This document shows, piece after piece, positions 44,561 to 53,256 of a stretch of DNA of 56,993 nucleotides (the first letter of the stretch is position 1; every line of letters begins with the position of its first letter). The notes under the pieces are model-generated. The model did no database searches, was not told where the DNA came from, and was given only the letters and a program-made list of their open reading frames with translations. The position numbers and the translations under genes were made by a program. The DNA lies in IMG/VR virus record IMGVR_UViG_3300036846_001227, positions 1-56,993 of that record, one strand, 5' to 3'. This DNA comes from a virus (Duplodnaviria > Caudoviricetes).

Positions 44561-46848
44561 TGGCGCAGGGGCAGCAAGCTGCCCGGGGCGCTGGGCTGGC
44601 GACGGGGCTGCCGGGCGAGCTTGAGCTGTTCAGCCCGTTCCCATTCAAGGGGATGGAAGTCAAGGGGTCGCCGACGGCGATTGATGACGCCGACTTCGCG
44701 TGGCTTGAGAACGTCATGTGGATCGGCAACGGGCAGATGGCCTACCTGGCCAGCTCCGCAAGCACCCCGCTTTATACCAGTGGGCCGCTCAACATTGCCG
44801 CCTACCAGTTCTTCGTTCTCGGTCCCCCCATTTTCAGTAGCGGCACCGAACTGTTCTGCGTGTTTCTTAGTGATGGCTCAGCCGTCGAGGTGCAGATACC
44901 CGGCGGCACGCTGCAACCTATTGCGCCGGCAGGGACCTTCAACCTGAACCCGACGCTGCCGGTCACTGCCACTTACGGGGCCAAGTACCTGTGTATCGGG
45001 AGCGCCGACAGCTACCACATCTGGGACGGGCTTGTCTTGTATGGGCCGGGGACCTTAGCACCACAAGTAACGGTGACCTCGGCGGGGCAGAATTATACGT
45101 CTCCGCCAACAGTCACCATCGTGGGAGGCAGCGGCACCGGGGCGACGGCCACCTCGGAGATCGTCAACGGCGCAGTAACACAGATCACTCTGACTAATCC
45201 GGGGACCGGGTATGGACCCTATGATGGCGGCCGGGTGCAGGTGCTGATAACCGGCGGCGGTAATGCCGACCGGCTCGCGACAGGCACAGCCACCATTGGC
45301 GGCGGCGGTGTGATCAGCGTTCAAGTTGTGGATGGTGGGACGGGGTATACCAATCAGCCGACGGTGACCTTCGCGGGTGGTGGCGGCAGCGGGGCGACAG
45401 CTGTGGCCGCCGGCACTGCCAACAGCATCACCCAGATCAGTGTGGTGACGCCGGGTGTTGGTTACACCAGTGCGCCCACAGTGACGATTGGTGCTCCGGC
45501 CGGCGGCGGCAACACGGCGACCGGCATCGCCATCGTCAGCCTCAACGGGATCAACACGGTGACGGTGACCGACGGTGGGGCCGGCTACACCAGCACACCC
45601 ACGGTAAGCATCACCGATCCTTTCGGCTTTGGCTTTGGTGCGGTGGCGACGGCCAACATGGGGGCCGGCGTCGTCACCAGCGTGACTGTCATTAATCCGG
45701 GGCAGGACTACCACGATGCGGTGGTGACCTTTGTCGGCGGCAACCCCAACGTAGCCACGGCCACCGTCGAGCTGATGCCGCAGGGTGGGCAGAACCCGGT
45801 CAGCGGAGCGGCCATCCAGGTCTTCAAGAACCGGGTGTGGATGGTCAACAACACGTTCCGGTACACGACGGCCGGCGGCAGCGTGTCCGACTTCTCGGCG
45901 GCGGCTGGCGGCATCATCTCTCAGAACAACGACAACTTCCTGATCTACCATTTGTTGGGGCTGGCGCAGTCGTCGGGCTTCCTCTACGAGTTTGGTGATA
46001 GTTCTGTCAATGCTATCAGCAACCCGACGACGACGACCGTGGGGGCGACGAGCACCTCGCCGGGGGTGACCAGCACCAGTTTCACGGTGACTAATGTGGA
46101 CCCGCAGGTAGGCTGCATTTGGCCGCAGACCATCCAGAACTTTGGCGAGGCGATCATCTTCGCCAACCCCACCGGCATCTACGGGCTGTACGGGTCCTCT
46201 GTAAGAAAGATCAGCACCGACATCGACGACCTGTTTAATAACCTGCCCGATCAGTCCGGCATTCTGCCGACGGCCTGCACGGTCCACCTGTTTGGTATCA
46301 AGTGTTATTGTATATCGCTGCAAGTAGTTGATCCCTACCAGAACCTGGTGCGGAACCTGCTGCTGCTGTGGGACGGATTTAAATGGTTTAGTGCTACGCA
46401 GGAACAACTGATGCTCTACCTGGCCACTGTTGGCGTGGGGGGTCAGTTCATTGGTTACGGGGCCGACCACCAACATATCTGGCAGATGTTCTCCAGACCT
46501 AGTGTCACGCTGACCAAGACCATGATCAGCAAGTTCTACGGAGCTACGTCGGCCCTGAAAGCCAAGCGGGCCATGCGCTTCTACCTGACCGCCGAGCAGA
46601 GCATGAACTACGCGGTGACGATCCACTCAGAGTTTGGCGATGTCCCGCTGGGTACGCTGAGCTATCCCAACCCTGGCGTCATTATGCCCGCACCACCAGG
46701 CGCGTATGGGAGAAGCTTCGCGGTCCAGTATCAGGATGCCCAGGGCGTCTGGGGCCACTATCTGGGGTGGACATTGACCTCGACGGTGGCGGCGAATAAT
46801 ATCAATTACATGGCTCTAGCATGGCTGCCCGATGCCCCGGCCTTCTAG
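44560..46848 (+). CDS. Tail tubular B / DNA-stabilisation-like protein with GxGYTxxP repeat insertion
   Basis: 762 aa, beta-rich; about six repeats inserted at about 45060-45780; context. Confidence 0.65.
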   Translation: MAQGQQAARGAGLATGLPGELELFSPFPFKGMEVKGSPTAIDDADFAWLENVMWIGNGQMAYLASSASTPLYTSGPLNIAAYQFFVLGPPIFSSGTELFCVFLSDGSAVEVQIPGGTLQPIAPAGTFNLNPTLPVTATYGAKYLCIGSADSYHIWDGLVLYGPGTLAPQVTVTSAGQNYTSPPTVTIVGGSGTGATATSEIVNGAVTQITLTNPGTGYGPYDGGRVQVLITGGGNADRLATGTATIGGGGVISVQVVDGGTGYTNQPTVTFAGGGGSGATAVAAGTANSITQISVVTPGVGYTSAPTVTIGAPAGGGNTATGIAIVSLNGINTVTVTDGGAGYTSTPTVSITDPFGFGFGAVATANMGAGVVTSVTVINPGQDYHDAVVTFVGGNPNVATATVELMPQGGQNPVSGAAIQVFKNRVWMVNNTFRYTTAGGSVSDFSAAAGGIISQNNDNFLIYHLLGLAQSSGFLYEFGDSSVNAISNPTTTTVGATSTSPGVTSTSFTVTNVDPQVGCIWPQTIQNFGEAIIFANPTGIYGLYGSSVRKISTDIDDLFNNLPDQSGILPTACTVHLFGIKCYCISLQVVDPYQNLVRNLLLLWDGFKWFSATQEQLMLYLATVGVGGQFIGYGADHQHIWQMFSRPSVTLTKTMISKFYGATSALKAKRAMRFYLTAEQSMNYAVTIHSEFGDVPLGTLSYPNPGVIMPAPPGAYGRSFAVQYQDAQGVWGHYLGWTLTSTVAANNINYMALAWLPDAPAF

Positions 46849-47017
46849 CGACGACGAGATGCACGAGTTCTCCGGCGAAATCCTCGCCGAGACAGAGCTT
46901 GCCTGGAAGTTCGCCGACGGCCGCAGAGCAGTGTGGCTGCCCAAGAGCCAGTGCGAATGGGACGAGCCGACCATGCTGGTCCCCGAGTGGCTAGCCATCA
47001 AGACGGGACTGGCCTGA
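46832..47017 (+). CDS. Small conserved phage protein
   Basis: ETELAW...VWLPKSQ...VPEWLA..GL motif. Confidence 0.7.
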   Translation: MPRPSSDDEMHEFSGEILAETELAWKFADGRRAVWLPKSQCEWDEPTMLVPEWLAIKTGLA

Positions 47018-47244
47018 TGGCTGTCCAAGTCTACGATCCCGATCATATCACCCCCATCGAACTGGGCTGGAAGCTGCGTGAGGCCGGCTACGACCCCGAC
47101 AAGCTGGCCGAGCTAGGTCAGATCATGGGGATCGACCTGCTGGAGATACTAGCCGGCTGGGCACCTGTCCTGGTCAAGGTCCTCAGCCCCCAGCGGATGA
47201 CCTGGTGGGAGTGGTTGAAGAGCTGGTTCAAGAGGAGGAAGTGA
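47017..47244 (+). CDS. Hypothetical protein
   Basis: TGATG coupling. Confidence 0.6.
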   Translation: MAVQVYDPDHITPIELGWKLREAGYDPDKLAELGQIMGIDLLEILAGWAPVLVKVLSPQRMTWWEWLKSWFKRRK

Positions 47245-47465
47245 TGCCGAGATGGAACAAGCCCGACGAGGCGGACTGGCCACAGGGCCATGTGTGCAAC
47301 GTGACGCCCAATGGGAAGACCTACGAGCAAGGGTCGCAGTCTCCTTTCGCGAATGGCTTTCTCGGAAGAGGTTGCATGGACACCACACAAGTGGGGACCA
47401 AGACCATCGAGCGGCCGGCGGCCAACACCAACCGTTCGGGCGAGAGCCGGGGAGGAGGCTTCTGA
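47244..47465 (+). CDS. Hypothetical protein
   Basis: GAGGAGG RBS; TGATG coupling. Confidence 0.65.
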   Translation: MPRWNKPDEADWPQGHVCNVTPNGKTYEQGSQSPFANGFLGRGCMDTTQVGTKTIERPAANTNRSGESRGGGF

Positions 47466-47671
47466 TGGGAGAGTGTGAAGCAAACGGGGTGGCCCAACTC
47501 CAGCAGACGGCTGTGCCCGAAGCAGAGATGCACCGCTTCCATATCGAGCAGTGGACGCGGGTGTTGATCGAGGCCGCCGGCATCCGGGAGGACCCGGAGA
47601 AGATGGCAGCGATCCGGGCCTACATCAGGGAGCGGCGCGACGAACTTGCCAACTTGCTCGACAAGCTGTGA
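47465..47671 (+). CDS. Hypothetical protein
   Basis: GGAGG RBS; TGATG coupling. Confidence 0.65.
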   Translation: MGECEANGVAQLQQTAVPEAEMHRFHIEQWTRVLIEAAGIREDPEKMAAIRAYIRERRDELANLLDKL

Positions 47672-48027
47672 TGACTTTGGTGGGGATACTTTCGGCAGGC
47701 AACACGCCGCAGCAACTGTCGGCGTGGAGCTTTGCGCATGCTCGCGACCATGACGACATCGATGCCGCTTTGCTGGCCGCCGGTTTCCCGCAGCCGATGA
47801 TCCCGCTTGATCCTTTGCCAAGTCTCGACAACGCCTTCTTCTGGCTGATCAATCACCAGCAGAAGCACAACGCGATGAACGCCGCCTTTGGCCTGACCGG
47901 CGACGACCTGACCAAGTACGACTTCACCAACAAGGAGAACCTGGACGCCTTTGTCGGCGTCAATTACTCGGAGCACACCAGCGTTTACCAGGTGTTCGCG
48001 GCGCAGGGTGTCCTCGTTGGTGGATGA
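47671..48027 (+). CDS. His-patterned hypothetical protein
   Basis: HARDH, HQQKH and NYSEH helical pattern; TGATG coupling. Confidence 0.7.
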   Translation: MTLVGILSAGNTPQQLSAWSFAHARDHDDIDAALLAAGFPQPMIPLDPLPSLDNAFFWLINHQQKHNAMNAAFGLTGDDLTKYDFTNKENLDAFVGVNYSEHTSVYQVFAAQGVLVGG

Positions 48028-48553
48028 GATGCTTGGTTATAACTACGACATTGAGGCGATCCTGGGTGTGCTGCCCAAGCTAGAGGAGGCGTGGCAGGAA
48101 GAGCGGTGGCGGCAGCGGTTGCCTTACACGCCGCACCGGGACAGCGAGACGATCTTCCTGCGGCGGCAACCGGGCGACCGGCCACGGGATGTGCTGCACC
48201 AGCTGGAGGTGGTAGGCACACGACATTGCGAAGGCGTGCTGGCCAAGGCGGTCGCGGCTATTGCGCTGCGGGTTGAGGGCCGGCCGGGCCGGGCGATGTT
48301 GGTGCGTCTGGCTCCCGGCGGCCGAGTGACACCCCATGTTGATATTGGCGTCTATGCCGAGGCGACGGAGCGTTATCACCTGGCACTGGTGACCAACCCT
48401 GGTGCGTGGCTCGCTTGGGGAGAGCGGCGCTGTCATCTGCCGGCGGGTATGATCGGGGCCTTTGACAAGCATATTGAGCACTCGGCGGGCAATGATGGGG
48501 CAGAGGGCCGTGTGCACTTGATCGTCGATGTCTTCCTCGATGATCCGCTGTAG
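48020..48553 (+). CDS. Aspartyl/asparaginyl beta-hydroxylase-like 2OG-Fe(II) dioxygenase
   Basis: LAPGGRVTPHVD, RYHLALVTNP, EHSAGN and RVHLIVD (HxD...H triad plus Arg). Confidence 0.85.
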   Translation: MDEMLGYNYDIEAILGVLPKLEEAWQEERWRQRLPYTPHRDSETIFLRRQPGDRPRDVLHQLEVVGTRHCEGVLAKAVAAIALRVEGRPGRAMLVRLAPGGRVTPHVDIGVYAEATERYHLALVTNPGAWLAWGERRCHLPAGMIGAFDKHIEHSAGNDGAEGRVHLIVDVFLDDPL

Positions 48554-49046
48554 GGTCACGACATTCGACGAGGCGCTCCCCGAGATCGAGGGAGTGCTGG
48601 ACGCTCATTGGCAAGAGGTCGGCAGTTACCGCGACCAGTTCACCCGATGTATACATTATGAAGAGTACCGGATGCTCGCCGCAGCGGGCCGCCTGTTGAC
48701 GGTGATGGCGAGTAATGAAGCAGGGGGATTTGCAGGATATTTCATAGGTGTTCTTGGGCGGGACTTGCACCGCAATAGTCTGACGAAACCGGAAGAGCGG
48801 GTCGTCACCCTTGGTGCACTTGTTTATTACATGCGACCCGAGTATCGTGGACATGCACGGACGCTGATCCGTTTTGTCGAGCGATACGCTGTAGAGCGGT
48901 ATGGCGCGCAGATCATCAACATCCGGGTGAAGACGGAAGCCAATGCAGCGGATGCCTTCCTCACGCTTTTGGGCTATAGAATTACCGAGGTCAACTACAC
49001 TCGCTTGATAGGGGAAGCCTCGGATGAAAAGCTTTCCGTGGACTGA
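48528..49046 (+). CDS. GNAT-family acetyltransferase-like protein
   Basis: HWQEV, AGYF, YYMRPEYRG and LGYRITE motifs. Confidence 0.7.
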   Translation: MSSSMIRCRVTTFDEALPEIEGVLDAHWQEVGSYRDQFTRCIHYEEYRMLAAAGRLLTVMASNEAGGFAGYFIGVLGRDLHRNSLTKPEERVVTLGALVYYMRPEYRGHARTLIRFVERYAVERYGAQIINIRVKTEANAADAFLTLLGYRITEVNYTRLIGEASDEKLSVD

Positions 49047-51069
49047 TCCCGACGCACATTTTCGGTGCTACATCTTCTCGGCTGCCATCCTGCCGGAGAT
49101 TGTCCTGCCGGAGGTGGCTGTCAGCGCGGTGGCACCCGAGGTCCTCGGAGCGACTGTCGGGCTGGGAGACATCCTTGGCGGCGTAGGAGCGGGAGCGTTG
49201 GCGCTTGGCGGAGCCATACCGAGCGCCATTGGTGCCTTTGGTGGTGTTGAAGGTGGTGTGGGGGGCGCGGCAGGCTTGGGACCCGATGCCAGCTTTGAGT
49301 TCAGCCCGGAGCAGATTGCCAATCAAATCCAGCCGAACCTGAGCAGGGCCGCCACCCTGTTGCAAGAGCCGGGCGGGGCAGGGGAGCTGGGTCAGACACA
49401 GGCGTTAGGTGAGGTACTTGGATCGGGGCAACTAGGAGCCGAGACGGCGGCGGTAGGGGAGCAGTTCGCGCCGCAACTGATAGGCGAGGCGTTCGCATCG
49501 GGCAGCTTTGCTACTCCGGCCGAGGCGGCACAATTCCTCCAGGCCTTTGGTTACCTGCCGGCGACAGACGCAACGGCGACAGGTATCGCTTTGCCGGATG
49601 TCAATGTCGCAGCGGCGGCCCCCGAGGCAGCGGCGGCTCCTTCTGCGGCGGCGGGGCCGAGCCTCTTTGGCATCCCATTGCCGTCGCCGAGCAGTGTGCT
49701 TGGTGCGATCAATCCCATCGGCACGGCGATGGCGCAGGACATGCCGGCGCTGGTAGGTCTGCCTGCGCCTAGTGGGGTCGGCGGCGCAGCGGGGGGACAG
49801 CCCACTGTGTTGACAGACCAGAACCTGGGTGGGCCAACGGGAACCTTGCCGTCGGGGATACGAGCGCCTGGTCTTCCTCAGAGTGCGCCGGCCGGCGGCA
49901 GCAGTTCGCTAGTGACGGGTGGGGCGGCAGCGGGTCCGCCTGCGCCGGGTGCCGCTCCCATCGAGCTTCAAACCCCCAGCATTGGTGGGCTGGACACCAC
50001 CACTGATGTGTCGGGATCGACAGCCGCGACCACCGCTGCTCCGTCGCCGACGACCCCACCCGCTACGACAACGACGACGGGGCCTGTCAACACAGCAGCG
50101 GTCACGCCACCAACGACCACGCCAACGACGACGCCGACCACGACGCCTGCGAGTGGTGGGGAGTTCTTCCCTGGGGCAACCAAGGGAACTGTGAGCGGGA
50201 CGGACCTGTCGAGCAGTGTGACAGCGGATGAGGCAGGGGCGGACAAGGGGTGGTTCGGCAACCTCAAGGCTTGGGCCAACGAGAACCAGGGGCTGTTGAG
50301 CCTGGCGGGGCTTGTTGGTGGGCTGGGGATGAACTTCCTCAACAAGCCGACGGTGCCGGGTCAGGCGACCAATGCGCCGACGCAAGCCGGGGCCAATGCC
50401 TTCCAGGCGCAGGGTCCGGCCAACCAGAGCTTCCAGACGGCGGCCCAGCAACTTATACCGGCGGCTCAAGGGGGGCTGGCGACGGCGATCCAGAGTGCGT
50501 CGCCGATCATCGCCCAACAGAGTGATTTGTCGGCGCGGTTGGGTGCAGCCTCTACACCCCTGTTGGCTGCCGAGACGACCGGCCAGTTGCCTCCAGGAAT
50601 AAGCGACTCCATCAGGTCAGCACTGGCGGCGAGCCGGGGGGCGATCACCAACAGAAACGCTAACCTTGGATTGTCGGGGTCCTCGACCGAGGCGTTGGAT
50701 ATTGGGGCCGGGGCCGGCAACATCATCGCGCAGATACCGGGCATCCTCTCCAGCCTGGTGAGCCAGGGCATTCAGGAGGCGCAGGGGTCCGGCACGGCAA
50801 GCGGCAATGCCTTGGCAGGGGTGACCTCTATCTTGAATGGCATCCAGGGCCTCAACCAGGCAGTGAGCACCGAGACTGGGGCGGCCGGCGGCGTGACCAA
50901 TGCGGCCAACGCGGTCACCAATGCCGCGCAGACGATCAGTCAGGCGGACCTGGGTGTAGCCAAGTTGCAACTGGAGGCCGACAACGAGTTGAACACGGCG
51001 CTGGCCAATCTGAGCAAGAACCTGGCGCTGTCGCAGATCAGCCCCTCCACGGTTAACGTGACGGCCTAG
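49024..51069 (+). CDS. Putative internal virion / ejection protein
   Basis: Ala/Gly/Gln-rich low complexity, hydrophobic segments, GLSGSS motif; position. Confidence 0.6.
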   Translation: MKSFPWTDPDAHFRCYIFSAAILPEIVLPEVAVSAVAPEVLGATVGLGDILGGVGAGALALGGAIPSAIGAFGGVEGGVGGAAGLGPDASFEFSPEQIANQIQPNLSRAATLLQEPGGAGELGQTQALGEVLGSGQLGAETAAVGEQFAPQLIGEAFASGSFATPAEAAQFLQAFGYLPATDATATGIALPDVNVAAAAPEAAAAPSAAAGPSLFGIPLPSPSSVLGAINPIGTAMAQDMPALVGLPAPSGVGGAAGGQPTVLTDQNLGGPTGTLPSGIRAPGLPQSAPAGGSSSLVTGGAAAGPPAPGAAPIELQTPSIGGLDTTTDVSGSTAATTAAPSPTTPPATTTTTGPVNTAAVTPPTTTPTTTPTTTPASGGEFFPGATKGTVSGTDLSSSVTADEAGADKGWFGNLKAWANENQGLLSLAGLVGGLGMNFLNKPTVPGQATNAPTQAGANAFQAQGPANQSFQTAAQQLIPAAQGGLATAIQSASPIIAQQSDLSARLGAASTPLLAAETTGQLPPGISDSIRSALAASRGAITNRNANLGLSGSSTEALDIGAGAGNIIAQIPGILSSLVSQGIQEAQGSGTASGNALAGVTSILNGIQGLNQAVSTETGAAGGVTNAANAVTNAAQTISQADLGVAKLQLEADNELNTALANLSKNLALSQISPSTVNVTA

Positions 51070-51072
51070 GCT

Positions 51073-53253
51073 ATGACCGGGTACGCCGATCCGTTGGGTG
51101 CCATCCCCGGCATGTTTGGCTTTAACACGCCGGCGGTCAAGTCGAGCGGGCTGTTGTCGGGGCTACCTGCGGTCAAGTCGGCGAAGGAGTTCTCGGACTA
51201 TAAGCCTATCGTGCCGGTCAAGCCGGTCCCCCCTCCAGAAGCCGAGGGCAAGGAGGTGGAGCGGCCCGACCCCGAAGGAAAGACCCCGGCCAACAAGGAC
51301 GATGTCAGCAACCTGCGGCCCCACGAGCAAGCGCCGGCCACCTTCTCGACCGACGCGCCCGGGGTCCGGCCGCCGGTATCATCGCTCTACCCGAGCGCGC
51401 AGCCGCCGACGGGAGGGGCCTGGCCGGGGGCGGTCACGTCCGATCTGGTGGTGAGGTCCGGCTTCCCTAAGGAGACGGCCGCCGACTGGGCCTCCCTGGC
51501 CAATTACATCACCAAGGGTGAGCACAAGAGCCAGGGCACTGGTGCTTTCACCGAGCTTTACAATGGCAAGCCATGGGAGGGGGCCAACACCAATCATCCT
51601 AAGGCGCTGGGCTGGCCGGGGGATGTGGGGCCAGATGGCAGGCCGACCTCGGCCTATGGTTACTTCCAGGACGAGTACGACACCTGGGTAAACACGATTG
51701 CCCCGAAGTTCTTGAATGGCGACACGCGGATGACGCCGGAGAACCAGATCAAGGGCAACCTGATGATGGCCGCCCAAGCCTACAAGGCCCATACGGGGCG
51801 GGACCTCCTGGCCGATTTCAAGGCCGGGCAGTACGCGAGCATCGACAATGTCCTGCACAGCCTGTGGCCGTCGTTGGGGCAGGGGAGCGCCGGCCAGGCG
51901 CGGTCCGACGAGGCCTTCGCCAACATGCAGCGGACCAATCAAGAGGCGATTGATGCGGGCCGCGTCAGGATGACTGAACTGGAGAAGATCATCCGGGCCA
52001 GTGACCCGGCATCGGAGGAGATGCACAAGCGTCTCCATGAGGCGATGGACGAGTCCGATAGGTTGGCCAAGCAGTATCAGCAGTTGTCCACCAAGATGCC
52101 CACGTCGCGGACGCCGATGGAGGCCGCCAGCGGGATCACGCCCCTTCTTACATTCCTGGTAGCGATGGGCGGCTTTGCGACGAGAAGGCCGGGCCTTGGG
52201 GCGATCAACGCGATGTCGGGTGCCCTCCAGGGGTTGAAGGAGGGCAATGATGCCCAGTTCGCCAACAATGTCGACCTGTGGAAGACGCAGACCAACATGG
52301 CCCACACGGCCTTCGAGATGCAGAACCAGGGCATCCGGAACATCGTGAGCGACCTGACGCTGACGGAGGCCGAGAAGCAACACAAGCTGACGGATTACTT
52401 CCGGCTGTGGCAGATGGACCAGGACCTGAGACTGGCCCAGAGCAACCAGTGGAAGGAAGTGTACGAGAGGATCGAGAAGAACGACCTCACCCAACTAAGA
52501 CGGGAGCAGCTGCGGCTGAAGTACCAGGCCGACATGGATGCGTTTGTCGAGGAGGCCGCCGACAAGAAGGACGGCTCCTATGGGCTGACCGGCAACACCA
52601 AGGTCTACTACAAGGATTTGGTGCGACAGCTGGGCCATGCCCCCAGCCCCGCCGAGATAGCCGATCTGCATCTGAAGGCGGCGGCGGTAGGAAGGACCGG
52701 CACCAAGGGGTTGACAGCGTCGCAGCTAGAGGAGAACGCCCAGATCGATGCGGCCCGCAAGGCCTTCGGGGCCGACGATTGGCCGGCGACCTTTGAGCAG
52801 GATGTGCTCGACGGTCAGACGCATCCTGAGGCACCCTTGACAGATAAGGAGTTGGCGGATCGTGGGTACAACAAGAGATCAGCCGACGAGTACAAGAACC
52901 TGATCAAGTCGAGCATGGACCCCAACCGGAGCACGCCGCTCTACAAGAGGTTTGAGAAGGCGATCAAGCCGAAGTTTGTGGCCCCCACGTACACTTTGCC
53001 GGATGGGACGACGACAACGGGTCCGGTGCGGCCAGAGGAAGACGCGGCTAAGGCGGAACTGGATAGAGGTGTCCAGCAGTCCAGGGCGGCCGGCGCTGAT
53101 CGTGAGCAGTCCAAGGCGCTGTATATAGAGCTTGGTGGGGCGGCGGAGGACTTTGATGCCCTGTGGCCGCCGACTGTAGAGACGCCGACGGGAGCTGTTG
53201 GCGGGCAGTCCCTGCCGGATGCCATCGGCCTCGCTCCACAGTATGGGTTATAA
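51073..53253 (+). CDS. Ejection protein with lambda-R-like lytic transglycosylase domain
   Basis: ITKGE...TSAYGYFQ...TW...TPENQ...LWPSLG parallels lambda lysozyme motifs; followed by coiled coils. Confidence 0.7.
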   Translation: MTGYADPLGAIPGMFGFNTPAVKSSGLLSGLPAVKSAKEFSDYKPIVPVKPVPPPEAEGKEVERPDPEGKTPANKDDVSNLRPHEQAPATFSTDAPGVRPPVSSLYPSAQPPTGGAWPGAVTSDLVVRSGFPKETAADWASLANYITKGEHKSQGTGAFTELYNGKPWEGANTNHPKALGWPGDVGPDGRPTSAYGYFQDEYDTWVNTIAPKFLNGDTRMTPENQIKGNLMMAAQAYKAHTGRDLLADFKAGQYASIDNVLHSLWPSLGQGSAGQARSDEAFANMQRTNQEAIDAGRVRMTELEKIIRASDPASEEMHKRLHEAMDESDRLAKQYQQLSTKMPTSRTPMEAASGITPLLTFLVAMGGFATRRPGLGAINAMSGALQGLKEGNDAQFANNVDLWKTQTNMAHTAFEMQNQGIRNIVSDLTLTEAEKQHKLTDYFRLWQMDQDLRLAQSNQWKEVYERIEKNDLTQLRREQLRLKYQADMDAFVEEAADKKDGSYGLTGNTKVYYKDLVRQLGHAPSPAEIADLHLKAAAVGRTGTKGLTASQLEENAQIDAARKAFGADDWPATFEQDVLDGQTHPEAPLTDKELADRGYNKRSADEYKNLIKSSMDPNRSTPLYKRFEKAIKPKFVAPTYTLPDGTTTTGPVRPEEDAAKAELDRGVQQSRAAGADREQSKALYIELGGAAEDFDALWPPTVETPTGAVGGQSLPDAIGLAPQYGL

Positions 53254-53256
53254 AAG

